64,000 nt of DNA from Eukaryota sp. GEM-RC1 (Eukaryota), in NCBI GenBank assembly GCA_040285855.1, contig JAUFOQ010000004.1, positions 744,001-808,000 of the forward strand. The letters run 5' to 3'. Positions 13,467-25,935 of the stretch are shown piece by piece. A model generated the notes under the pieces. That model did not search any database. It was not told the DNA's origin and saw only the letters and a list, made by a program, of their open reading frames with translations. A program made the translations under genes and the position numbers. Numbering within the stretch: position 1 is the stretch's first letter; the number at the start of each line of letters is the position of its first letter.

Positions 13467-14229
13467 TTGTGAACATATTCACCCCGATATTGTATCATTA
13501 GCTTCCTTTTAGCTGACAAGTCAGTCATTTTTGATAATCAGTTTCTTCACCTTTTCAGTGTTAACTTCACATCTAGCTTCTGGAACTACATCATTGGTTG
13601 AGATCCCAGGGTCTTATGTTCTAAGTAGCATTGTTTCAAGCATCGACTACACCAACTTTACGATAATCTTGAGCATATTCTCGTCAATAAATCTTCTGTA
13701 GAGTATTGTCGACATCTGTGCATGTGCGTTCTTGCTTTTGCGGTGAATTTTGCATGTTCCTTTTGTTCTTTCGAGCGAAAGCACCACTGCAACACGTCGC
13801 AGAAACGATCACTGTGTACAAATGTCTTCGTGAACACAAATTCATCCACAGTCTAAATGCTACAGCGAGTTTTTGGCAATTCATAGACCACTGTTTTTCA
13901 ACAACCTTTTGGTGCTTGCTCCTTGTCGCTTGTTGCCATAAGAGGTATGACTATGCCTGTGATTGTTGTCCCTCCACAGTAATGCTTTTGAAAGGGAATA
14001 TTTAAACGTTTTGACTACAAGTTCAACTTTTTCGATACTTCTATACATGCGAAAGATGAGCACGACCTGATGTTGAAAGATTTGTCCATCCAAAGTGCGG
14101 TGATTTTGTTAGTCTGGTGGTCAAGATGTAACATGATGTTTCTGATTCACTTTTATTGTTGACAACATAGTTTTCGATACAAAAAATCGGTACATGTATA
14201 ATTAGACATAAACAACAGTATTTTGTCAG

Positions 14230-14759
14230 ATCCAATTTTTTGGTAAACGGAGAGCAGATGTTGTTGCCCCTTCTTCTTCAGACAAATTGTTTGTTGTTGA
14301 TGTAGTGTCGGTGGATGTTTGTAAAAAGACATCTTTAAAGAACGCTTCGTCTGAAACTTCTCCTTTAGACATTTCTGAACAGGCCAAACAGGATAAGTAC
14401 AAGAAACCATTGCTAGCTTTAAAACATGTAAAACATGTTGAATACGAATTATGCCCCTTTGCTGTTTCCAATTTACGGACGTTTAGGAAAAGTGCAATGA
14501 ATTTTTTAAACGATTTCGGAAAAATCGTAAAAAAATAGGATGAACAAACGTTTTGATCATATGTTATGGTTGAATCGGATCGTTTTTACTGTTTTAAAAC
14601 AGTTCCCCTAATCATCTCCAAAGCTTTATTTGCAGTGAGTGCCATTTATGAGGACAAAGCTGTTGTAAGGTTTGATAGCGACGGGTGTTGTTTTAATGAC
14701 ATCAAATTTTAGTTGTTTGATCTATTACATTTATAATAAACTCTAATTTTTCAAAAAAA
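14230..14759 (+). mobile_element. 5'-truncated CRE-like LINE, family A, with poly(A) and TSD
   Basis: RLE C-terminal motifs; poly(A) at ~14753-14760; 13-bp TSD AGTATTTTGTCAG at 14217-14229 and 14760-14772. Confidence 0.85.
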
Positions 14760-15599
14760 AGTATTTTGTCAGTGAAGACATAAAAACACGAGAAAACACG
14801 TGTTTTTCCATAATTTCTCACCCTCTATAGTTTATCGGTCCCAAAGGTGAGAAATTATAGAGGTGTGACTTTATAGAGTTTCACGCTATAAACAGTTTTG
14901 ACTGTACTTTGATTTATGTGATTGAGTAGGTTAACGTTTGCGTTGTTTCGTTCAATGCACTTATAATTTAATTCAATTATAGGTAAGTTGTTTGGTGAAG
15001 GACAGAAGGATCACAGTTTAGATACTTTAGTTAGTGTCTGTTAGTAATTATTTGCAAAAGCATTTTTTTCATTGATTGATCATAAACCCCGTTATTTTAA
15101 TTGGAATAAACAAACATTGTTTGGTTGGTGGCCTGGAAGAATTCGTCGAATCTAAAGTTTCTTGAAATACACTGTAATTTATAAATCATCTTTCTTCTTC
15201 CGCTGTTATTGCAACTCGAATTGCTTCAGAGAGAGATGTGTAAATTTGACACTATGTTAAAGTGTGTTATAGAAGATTTTTAGACAGCTGATGATGGTAC
15301 ATAAGAGGACAGACCAGGAAAGTACGTGAAGTACGTACCTAACAAATTTGTAGGTACACGTACTCTTAGCACATTGGTTCAAGGAATTCCTCGAATTCCA
15401 GTTCTTCTGGTGTTACAAATTTGAGTTTCAGTAATTATAGGAATTATGATTAGTCAAAATTAGTAATAAAGAACTGTGTAATAAACCAATAGACTCAAAT
15501 TTATTACTTCTCATCCCTGGTTTTCACCTAACTACACCGCATAAATGGGGTAGTTTTCAAAAGAGTCCGTCTGATTCGATTGATATACACAATGGGCAC

Positions 15600-16100
15600 A
15601 GGAAACACATGGGTGATCCTAGAAGAGTTAACGCCGTCTTGGTCTTAAAATCAAAGCGGCGCTCAAAACTCCTATGAACAAACCACCGGTGATTTTTGCC
15701 ACAGAAGAAATGAAGCCAAAAAAGCCGGATTCACTAGTATTAGAAGAATCACGTAGACAATCTTGTCGAGGAATGGGACGAGAGTTTATGGTACTAGGAG
15801 GAGTGCGAGGAGAAGGGCCCGTAGGAATTCTTTCATCACTTGTTCTAGTTACAGTTTTCTTCGATTTTTGTACAACTCCGATAAAAATGGCATTACAATC
15901 TTAAAATTAGAGGTACCCTTGATACCTTTAGCGTAATCAAAGTAGTCTCGGACAAAAAGATTCCAAGCAGTTGGCTCACGTTTAGCAAAATTTCCACCAA
16001 CACGTGTCCCAGGTTCATACCAACAAGGTTCGTCATTTTGAAGATAGCAGAGATCGGCAGCTTCAAGAGCTTCGGCAGATGGAGTGATAGAACGTCTCAT
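15600..16100 (-). CDS. Small unidentified protein with an HMG/YABBY-like motif and possible C-terminal TM segment (frameshifted)
   Basis: KREPTAWNLFVRDYF in ORF 15849..16124; another frame downstream gives a Ser-rich then hydrophobic stretch. Confidence 0.35.
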
Positions 16101-16789
16101 TTTAGAAATGAAAAGATGACCCAAAACTTTTGCATACTAGTACATGTACTACTACAGTCAAAAGTTTTGGGACTATATGTACCTACGCTATATGGAGTTT
16201 CACGCTATAAACAGTTTTGACTGTAGTCCATAGCAGCTGTGAGTTCCTTGTATGAGGACAAAGCTGTTGTAAGATTTGATCGCTATGGGTATTGTTTTAA
16301 TGATACCAAATTTTAGTTTTATTGTTTTATTACATTTATATACTTGTGTTTTTTTAAGAAATACACGCCGAAATAGAGACTAGTATTAAGTTATTTGAAT
16401 CTATATGTAACGAATAATTAAGCAGTTGAGAGGGTTTGGATTCAGAGGGGATGATCGTGTACAGTAAGAAAACAACAAGACATAAACAAAATCGTACAGT
16501 GTAGATGAGAAACGAGTATGCGTTGTGAGACCAAAATTGGTGGATGTAGCGGTTTTTTAGTCATCATAAACTAGTAATGCTTATTGAAGATACATTTATT
16601 GTTTTAACAAAAGACAGCAATAAATAAAACAAGATATCAACTACAGTAGATCTTGATCAGTATATTTATTGTTGAATGTCGTTTGAAACCACAAGACAAA
16701 GGGTCTGCGTGAGCTAAGTTGAGATAGAACAGCATGATAAAATTCACATTATATTGCCGTTTATTTTTATACAAAAGTATTTAATGATA

Positions 16790-17385
16790 TCAAGTATTAA
16801 TTAATCCTTCGCCCTTCTTCCATAAACACTTAGAAACCTTAAACTGATCTGGTTCCTCCCAAGAATATGAGAAAATGCTAACCTCCGTACCCTTGATATC
16901 CAGCAAAGCAAAAGACGATGAAACCTTTTCTTTCATTGGATGAGAAGCACCAGTCGCAGTACCAGGGTTAATGATCAGCTTCCCTTCGATTTCCGCTATG
17001 AAATGTTCGTGAGTATGTCCAGTCACCAAGATGTCACAGTTCAGTTGACGGATGGTGATGGAGAGAGCCTCAGGATCACCCCAGGGGACAATTTGATGAC
17101 CATGAATGAGACCCACTTTGAGATCACCAAGAGTTACAATCTTTTGTTCTGGGAAAGATGTGAGGTCATCAAAATCTCCACGAACAATGTGTAGGTCTGA
17201 AGATAGAGAACGGAGATATTCGAAAGTAGTTTGTGTACATAGATTACCAGTGCAGAGAATGTGTTGAATCTTATCGGGTACTAAGAGAGTTTTGAATTTT
17301 GCAGGGAGATCAGTAGCACGATAGGGGATATGGAAGTCACCAATAACAAGAACGAGCTACAATAAGAGGAGGGATTCCAAACCAT
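16790..17385 (-). CDS. VPS29: Retromer subunit VPS29
   Basis: M|LVLVIGDFHIPYRA..LVPDKIQHILCTGNLC..HGHQIVPWGD..GHTH..INPGTATGA; 26-nt intron at 17357-17382. Confidence 0.97.
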
Positions 17386-17643
17386 TTTATCAGAAATGAG
17401 AGAAAAATTCCATCTCATTATGTGTAGGTGACTTACCTGCATTAGACTCTGACGTGATGTTCTGCAGACTTCCTCCAATACAAAGAGCATAATATATTAA
17501 ACCAAGAAGTGCATTTATTAGCATCAAATGCCAACACTAATAGAAAAGTAGGAAATAATAATAATATACAATCAACAAATTAAGTCAAAATAAAAGACCA
17601 ATAGAAATCAACGACCGAGTCATTATGTTGTTCTAAACAACAA

Positions 17644-18591
17644 TTAAATCTCTTGAAAATGCTGATTACTTTTGAATTCAGAATACAACGAGAAAAGTAA
17701 ATGCGCACTTTCAATAGGATCGTCATAAACAGGGATATCGAGTAATAAACAAGCAAATTTAAGATAACTAGCAATGTCCAACTCAGCATCTGGTGGGGGA
17801 AAGTCGTGCTTATCCAGAATAGATTCTATATGAGGGGGCCAAACTTGCATTAGATTCTCAAGGTCTGGCATCTTCCGTGAGTACACAACAGATGGAGGTG
17901 GTAAACTATGGTGTATTTCCTCAATGTTATGTATCCACTCCGAGACGTGACGTGTGTTCTTCTCAGCGTTTTCAATCTTTCCTACTACAACCTTGTCATT
18001 TCCTGATGTTTTTAGTTTAGATCTCAGTTGTAGTTCAAGGACTACGGGGTCTGATTGTTTGAGCTCTGGTTCGTCCAGAACCAATATTCCCAGAGATTCT
18101 TGTTTTTCATCAGGTCTAGGGGGTTTGATGAAGCTGTCGATATCGCCTACAGCAGGAATGTACTCAGGAATAAAAGGACGGAGGTAAATCTCTAGTTCTA
18201 CATCCTGCGGAGTGAAGTTATTCATCAACACAAAAAGCTGATGTTAATCAAGTGAGGAACATACGTCTTCTATTTCGGCGTCAAGGTTGGAAAAATCTGC
18301 TTCAGAAGAATGGTTGACTTGTCCGGGAACAAATGAAGAATGAAGGCTTCGTGGGGGAGAATTAGTCAAAATGCTGTCAGGAGAAAGAGAATTGTCAACA
18401 TTGGGAGAACCAGTTTCTGAAGAGGTTATATCCACTGCTTCATCATGATCTTGATTAGATATGAGTTGACTGTTAACAAAATCAGGAGATGAAGCATCGG
18501 AAGTTAAAGGGGAATTGAAGTTGTTGTGTAGTGAAGTCTCATTAAAGTCGTCGTCGCTAACAGAAAGACCTGAATCCGAGTCACTAGACAT
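17644..18591 (-). CDS. IFT46: Intraflagellar transport protein 46
   Basis: LRPFIPEYIPAVGDIDSFIKPPRPD, LGILVLDEP..QSDP, YSRKMPDLENLMQVWP, HLLFSLYSEFK; 27-nt intron at 18238-18264. Confidence 0.95.
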
Positions 18592-18953
18592 GGGCAAGTA
18601 AATGAGTTGCAAGACCAGAATTTATTTTGCACACAATTACTCTATACAAGCTTACTGCCCAAAGGATACAAATAATCCTACTACCCGCATTTTAAAATAA
18701 CACTGAGATATGTTGATAAAATGACCATAAGATATTTGATATTCATTCTCAATCAATCACAAAACCTATTTTTCTAATATTATCTCGCAAAGACAAACCC
18801 AACTGCGTTACTTTGATAGCTACATGATCACAGTGTACATTGATAGACCTGTAGCTACTATATTTTACACATTAAGTCGTGAGGGAAATTCAGATTTCCT
18901 TTCCTCTTTCTTTTCTTTGGTATGCCACTTTAATGGCTTTTTGATCTTAGATC

Positions 18954-19272
18954 ATGGTATCTTGGCCCAAAACTAAAAAGACCCGCTGCCACAACCCATC
19001 CTGTAACAAGCACACCACCCACAAGATCTCACAGGTGAAGGCTGGTAAGAGACGCGTCAATGCTGAAGGTTTGATCCCACCCTTTTCTAATTGTAGGAGA
19101 ACGTAGATATCGTCGTAAGCAATCTGGTTTCGGAGGTCAAACCAAACCCGTTTTCCATAAGAAAGCCAAGACCACCAAAAAGATTCTCCTTCGTCTGGAA
19201 TGTGCAGTGTGTAAACAAAAGCATCAGGTCTCCTTAGCCAGAGCTAAAGTTTTTGAAATCGCTGCCAAGTAA
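18954..19272 (+). CDS. RPL36A: 60S ribosomal protein eL42 (L36a/L44); absent from the ORF track
   Basis: [45 protein letters not shown]; 28-nt intron at 19069-19096; probable 31-nt 5'UTR intron at 18920-18950. Confidence 0.97.
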
Positions 19273-19637
19273 TGGTATTCGTCAGTTCCTTAGTTTCTTT
19301 GTCATACTGTGATTGTCCCTATGTTGCTTTTATAAGCATCTCAAAAATGAATACAATTGATATCATGAATCTAGTGCTACTATACCCTTTTAGTCAGACT
19401 TTTATTCCTCAACAATCAATAATCTTTTGGTTTAATTACATCTGAAGTTTAGATCAAATAAGTATGGTATTTTAAAACATGAACTGCAATTTTAACATCA
19501 ATCTTCACAAACACTGGGATGAAACATCAATATTAGAACACACTTATGAGCATACACAATCCCTCAGCAGTTTGAGTCTTGAAAGTTTCCGAGAGTAAGT
19601 TTTCAATAAAAAAATCTCTTTTCTCTCCAGTACAAAA

Positions 19638-19906
19638 ATGGGTTTGTTACACTCCCAAACGTCTCATCATTAGGTAAAGTTCACGGATCTCTCTCTCATA
19701 CCGGTAAGGTCAAGAATCAGACTCCTAAAGTCGAAAAGGCAGATAACCCCAAGAAAAAAAGCGGTCGTGCTAAGAAGCGTATCCTCTATAACGCCCGTTT
19801 TGTGAATGTTGTGATGGGACCCCAAGGTAAGCCCCTTGGTCCTAACAGTCGGTATGTTCGATCTTCTGTTTCTCATATTAGTGCCCGTTTAGGCGTCTCT
19901 GCTTAA
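19638..19906 (+). CDS. RPS30: 40S ribosomal protein eS30 (no ubiquitin-like fusion); absent from the ORF track
   Basis: [44 protein letters not shown]; 32-nt intron at 19642-19673, probable 30-nt intron at 19852-19881. Confidence 0.95.
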
Positions 19907-20490
19907 TTCTTATTCAATCAAGTTAGTCTTTGTCCTTGTAGCCCTTCGCATCCATAATTGAGCTACTTTCAATCATACACCTCTTCGATTCTAGTTGTTC
20001 ACAAATAAATCTGAACATCACTGATGACTATTAATGTTCTATGTTGGCTTTATATTTCTTCTCAATAGTATGAATTGTTCTAAATCCAACATCATCAAGT
20101 TTTTCCTTAATTTACAACATAAGGCTTCGCGAAAAATAGTGGATTGATATCATTATTTCTTGAACTACAAACACAAACAACAGAATAGTGTCGATGTATT
20201 GGTACAATTTGTCTCACTGGTACAGTAGTCTTTAAAAACACAATTTTACCTCCAAAATGTTAATGACTAAGTTAGGACCCAATCTATTGATCTACCAGTT
20301 TTAGTATTAAAGTACATTACATCCTTCTGAGTGTACTACAGAGAACACCAAAGCTATTGCACCAGAGTTGTTGATCAGACTCATGAGTACACTGTATTTA
20401 GTTCTTGTAATTTTTTGTAATTGTCCTTATACAGTAATTCTTATACTGATCATCAGTAGTTAACACTCTCTCCCAAAAGAACCACACTTT

Positions 20491-22122
20491 ATGGCATCTC
20501 TTATTCAACCTCTCATAGATCAGATAATCTCCAAGTGTGAAACAAAGGTCACTTGGTTTCGAGTACACTGACGGCATATACTCTCAAACTCACAATCCTT
20601 AAACATATTCAAGACATCTCTCTCGACTCATCACTCTCTCAAGATGATATAACATTTCTTGTCACAGAAGTGTCTCAGTTTCTCACTGACACATCTAATG
20701 TCGACCTTCTCACTCTCAAACTCCAGTCTGCCTTCATTGACGTCCAAAAGGAAGCTCAATTCGACTACTCCTCTAAAACATCTCAACGAGATCGCAATCT
20801 AGTCAATCTTCGTGAATCCATCTCGGCCATATCCTCTGGCGACACAATGCAAGCATACTCCCTACTCCTCCAATACGCAATGACCTACCAAAACAAGAAA
20901 CTTGGTACCAATCCAACTGACGACTCTGACGTTTCCACTGCTCTCGAATCAGTTCTTCCTAGAGGTGAAATGGTCACGTTCCTCTCCCTCTCCCCCTTCA
21001 GCACGTGTTTCTCAACTTAATGAGCTTGCAGAGATTGTTCAAGGGATTTGCCTGCTCAACAGTAGGCAAGTTATTCTTGATCAAAACAAATCAGTCTTTG
21101 CTGATCTCATTCAGTTCAGCCAACGTCTTCTCCATGACGTCACCACTACAATCAATTCTGTCTCTCATTTAGCTTCTTCTCTCCTCTCAGTCATTGACTT
21201 TTTTCTCTTCCATTAATTCCAACTCTTCTAATAATGGAGGTATTGACAGGTTAATTAAGGAACACGTGTTTTGTTCTCAATATTTGAGGTATTTGGAAGG
21301 ACTCAAATTAGATATCGAATCAGTTAGAAGAACAGTTTCGGAAGGATTTAGTTCTTTTCAATCAGAAATCGCTACGATTGTTGATTTGATTGGTAAGAAA
21401 GCTTCTGTTCCTAAGAAAGATGTTTACCCTAGGTTTATATCTCTTTCTAGAGGGTTTAATGTTATTGTTAACGAGAGATATGGACTTAACAGCGGTGCTT
21501 TGACATTGAAAAGGCTTGATGACATATTTAAAAATTTCAATTCTTTGTTGGACCAAGATGATGTTGACTGTGTGAAAACTCCAGAAGAAACTTTAAAAAA
21601 TGATCGAAATTTAGAATATGATCCCGAATTTGGATGTTTGGTTAAACGTGGTTCAGAAGAATCTGATCGGAAAAGTCACGCAAAGTCTTTGATTTTTGAC
21701 CGACCGTCACTCGTCTACTACATTGGATCTGATCTCCTTTTTGATGGTGACTCTCCCGTCTCCATGGATGACGAGTTGTCCAAGGGAAGTCTAAAGAGTG
21801 TGATTGATCAAGATGCCCAAACTCCTGTTCATTTTGTTGAGAAGAATATCGATTATAATTATGATTTTTCAGAGTGGAAGCTACGTCAAAAGGCCCTAAA
21901 GTTAACTAATCTTTTGTCTAAGAAAACCCATTCCTCACAAACTACTGAATGTTCCTTCAAGAAAACTGCTGAGACCCAAGTTTACGTTCCTAAGGTCAAC
22001 GGAAGTCAAACGACTGTTGATGAGTCGACAAATACAGCTCAGCAGAAGGTGTTTCATCATGGACTTGTGGGGCGACCTTTTTGAAACCAGCAACAGTTAC
22101 TTTGAAATTGGATTTTGATTAG
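20491..22122 (+). CDS. CFAP206: Cilia- and flagella-associated protein 206 (frameshifted)
   Basis: ALESVLPR, QLNELAEIVQGICLLN, VPKKDVYPRF, QTPVHFVEKNIDYNYDFSEWKLRQKALKLTNL..KTHSSQT. Confidence 0.85.
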
Positions 22123-22592
22123 TTTTTGAAGGGGATTTGTTTGATCATTGTTACGGGTGTATTTGTATTTTATTGAATTTATTTAAGAGACTGTATTTTA
22201 GTTATTTGCTTATGCTGTTTAAATCAGTTTGTTTTAAGACGTTTCTAGAATAAAACGATGATTATCAAGTTATGGCAAAGTATCTTATCTCCAGCAAGTA
22301 TAGATCCGAGGTATTTGGTTCTGCTGTAATAGATTCCCGTATGAACATTCTGAAACTAAACGTCTTCATGAACAAACATTTATAATCAGACATTATGAGG
22401 GTGTTGATACCTTATTCCGACAAATATTGAATGAAAACAGAACCTATAAGGACATGGCAAAGGTCAGTTGCCATGTCCAAAAAGAAGATATAGGATTTTT
22501 TAGAACTTATAGTCTCTTGGTCATGGGTTTTGAGTTTTCTGAATGATTAAACAGTGTTTTGAATCACTGGTAGTACCGATATCACTTGACAA

Positions 22593-23217
22593 CATAGTTG
22601 TGGATACCTATATCCCAATAAAAAGGATACCTAATCCCTACCAAAATACCAAAATACCTCAGCCTGATACCTGAATACCCAGAAAAATGATTGAACACAT
22701 TATCGAAGCTAATTTGTATAACCTGTTGTACAAGCCTCTAACTGAACAATATACAGTGCTACAAACTATATTACTCGTCGCTGCGTCTTGTGTTTCTTCC
22801 ACATAGTCCATACATGTGGTTGACAACCATTACACCCGATATCCACAAGTTCTTTCTTGATAATCTTGGCTGTGTCAAGCTTCCACAATGGGTTGTTAGA
22901 AGATTGCCTAATGGTAACAAAAAGTGTCGTTTTTTTGGGAAAAGATGATTCAAAGAGAAGGTTGGCAATAATTCAACAAACAGTTTTAATCTGGTGTTGA
23001 CTTAGAACACGTACAATGTATCCTTTTGTTCAAAAATAGAAAACTTGATTAATCCAAATGAATGTACTAAACAAAATTAATACTATTTAAATGTAGCATT
23101 AGAAGGGTACTTTTGGTAGTGACAGGTATCTCCAATATGAGACATGATAATACCTAATACCTACCGAAATACCTAATACCTACCGAAATACCTCGAATTT
23201 AGGTATCCACAACTATG
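22593..23217. mobile_element. hAT-type MITE
   Basis: 18-bp TIR CATAGTTGTGGATACCTA; 8-bp TSD CTTGACAA at 22585-22592 and 23218-23225; the paralogous site at ~60334 is empty. Confidence 0.92.
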
Positions 23218-23591
23218 CTTGACAATATTTAACACAATTTTTGATTGAGTGGAGAAATTAAGTGTTACTGTATGTAAGTGACTTCAACAAAACATGAGTA
23301 AGTGAGTGTACACGAGTAAAATTCAAGTGCAGCGCCACGTTAATTTTATTAGAGAGACATCACCTTGAAATACCAGAATAAAAAACGGATTTTTGTACAG
23401 AGAAAAACACACAGCAAGAAAACAATCAAATAAATAAAGACTATTAAAAATTAAAACCAGAATTGGAATCAATTAATTTGTACTGATACAAATAACACAA
23501 TTAAATCAAATCAAATCTTGCACATAGCCTATTTTGATACTTCTAGTGTTGAACCATCACTTATAGGATGCAAGTTTATTAGAAAATGAAG

Positions 23592-24963
23592 CTACAACAA
23601 CTCAAGAACACAACTATGATTAGCCAAATACCCAACAAGATGGTAGTTATCATTATCTAAAGAACTAATTTCTCTTGTACAATTAAATCCAGGGTCTGAC
23701 TCTTTTGTAACAGTAATTGAATTATTCACAAGATTAATTGTGATTTCAATGATTTCATTTCGGTTCCATTTTCCATTAGGGGTTCCTGACGGATAGAAGT
23801 TATTCCTATGACTGTAAAAACAATGAGCATTTGGCTTTGAGTAAACACCACTACAATCAAACTCTTTTCTAGGAATAATTCCAATCATTAGTTGATTAGA
23901 AACAGACGAAGGAGTGCCATTCCTAGCCCTAACTTTATAGACATTTCCTGTAAGAAGAGGAGTTTCTGAAAGAACATTGGACCAGCCTGAACCATTGTGA
24001 GTAACAGTTTTTCCTCCATTTGAAATATTTAAATTTTGACTTTTGATATCAGATGAAAAGGAAAGAACTGAAGAATCAACAGGTTTTGCACATGTATCTT
24101 GTTTTTCAACATTTTCCTTCAATTTAAATATTTCTTCATCTTTTTGCTTAATTAATTCAGTTGCTTCAACCAATTGTTCTTTTAACGTCAAATTTTCAGA
24201 AATTATTGACTCGAAAAATATCGGACGTAATTGTTTAAAGTGAAACTTCATCAAAACTTCTTCCAAATTTGAAATATTCTCAAGAGGATTTAAAAACAGC
24301 CCATCCCAGTCTTTAAAAAGTCAACAGGTTAACGTCAACAAGGGTCAGAATTTGAGATAATTCTTCAGAATTTATAGTTTCTGATTTAACTGAAGCCACA
24401 AGTGACTTAAAAAACCATTTGAAAGAACTTGAAGAAGTGCAAAATTCGAGTAAACTTTGGAGAAAGACAAATGGGAAGACAAATTCAGATTTTTCACAAA
24501 TATTTTCAATTTCTGTAAGAAAATCTCCAACAAATTTTAATCCTCTCAAGTCTTCTTGTTCAACACACTTTGTCAAGAACTTGCTGCACCAGTCCCAATT
24601 GGTCATTTTTGAAGGGAGAATCTCCATAAGAGTAGTTTTAAGATGATCACACTGGAAGTAAGTAGCAAGGTAGAAAATATCATAGACGTTGGAAGAAGTG
24701 AGGTCGATGGTGTGACCAAAGAAGGACGAGATGAAGGCGGAGAAAGACTCAAATGATATGGGCAAATGCGAGAAGTCCAAAGGGTTCTCAAAGCGATCTC
24801 CAAACTCCATAAACCAAAGAGAGAAGAAGTACTGAGAGTTGGAAGCAAGGACTGACTTAATGACAGAGAAGGACTCATCATTAAAGATAATGGTTTGATC
24901 ATGGAGATCAGTGTTGGATTGGAGTGTAGAGAGAGTGTTGGGTGAGGTGGATGTGAGTGACAT
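23592..24963 (-). CDS. BTB/POZ - coiled coil - SPRY protein, copy 2 (one frameshift in a homopolymer at ~24315)
   Basis: ORFs 24313..25011 and 23592..24266; same domains as copy 1. Confidence 0.8.
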
Positions 24964-25935
24964 TGAAGGAGAGATTTGAATTTTGTATATTTCTATCAAT
25001 TCATGGTGCAATGAGATTGCCTAGTCGACAGTTAGAGATGATGTCATCAATGTAATGCTTAGTATGAGGGTTAGATTTGCCATACAATGATTAAATTTTA
25101 GCAATATATACATACGTTCTGTCACAAACTGAATCTGCATATAACACAACTTTATGATATGGTATGGCTTGTCAAATTCTAAACTAGTTCGGCTTCGGCT
25201 TGAGCCATTTGAGTAAGCCAAGCCAAATTTGGATATGAATTGGTCAAGTCGATCGTCTTACGGCTTGAGCCGAACCGTTTGACAGCTCTAACATAACATT
25301 ATTAAAAGCTATTTTATGATTAATGAAGTACGACCTGATCTCGATCTTCCTTTGGATGATTGAAGCATTTTATCACTTCAAAAAGTTTAGACAACAGCTG
25401 GTGGATTTATTATTGAAATTTTGTTCAATCATTAGATTTACATTTGTATAGAACATTATAAACTTCACAACCAGAAGCATATTCTTCACTCTGCTTGTTT
25501 CACGACCACGATGGTATGTGACAGTAGTCGGTGGTCTTTGTTATCGATCTGATGTCTACCACCACTGATGCTACGAGGGCTTAAAAATCATATGCATCGT
25601 AATTCTTATCTTTGTCAAAACAACCTAGAAATCAAACAGAACATTCATCTGTACTAAATCTCACGGCAACTGTTTGCTTATACAAATAATTAAAGTAGCT
25701 ACTGAATTATTAACAAGAATTGCTATAGAGTGTTAGTGTAATGGCGTATTAGCCTATTTGTACCTTTATGAATTCACTTTTCTTTATTCATATGACTAAG
25801 ACCAACAAGAGGGTGTAAAGATAATGCCATCCAAATGTGCCGACACTTTTGATCGGAACGGTTGTCCATTTTTTCCTCAAAGAGAATTTGTTGCTACAAG
25901 TAAAAATTGTTACACTGATATTGCAACGTCTTGAT

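Larger units (their letters stand above)
12650..14907. mobile_element. Degenerate Tc1/pogo-type element hosting later insertions
   Basis: TACAGTCA...CCTCTATAATTTCTC at the left and GAGAAATTATAGAGG...TTGACTGTA at the right; the same right end recurs at ~16152-16224. Confidence 0.4.

Noticed and set aside
19670..19876. Minus-strand 68-aa ORF
   Set aside because: Antisense to eS30
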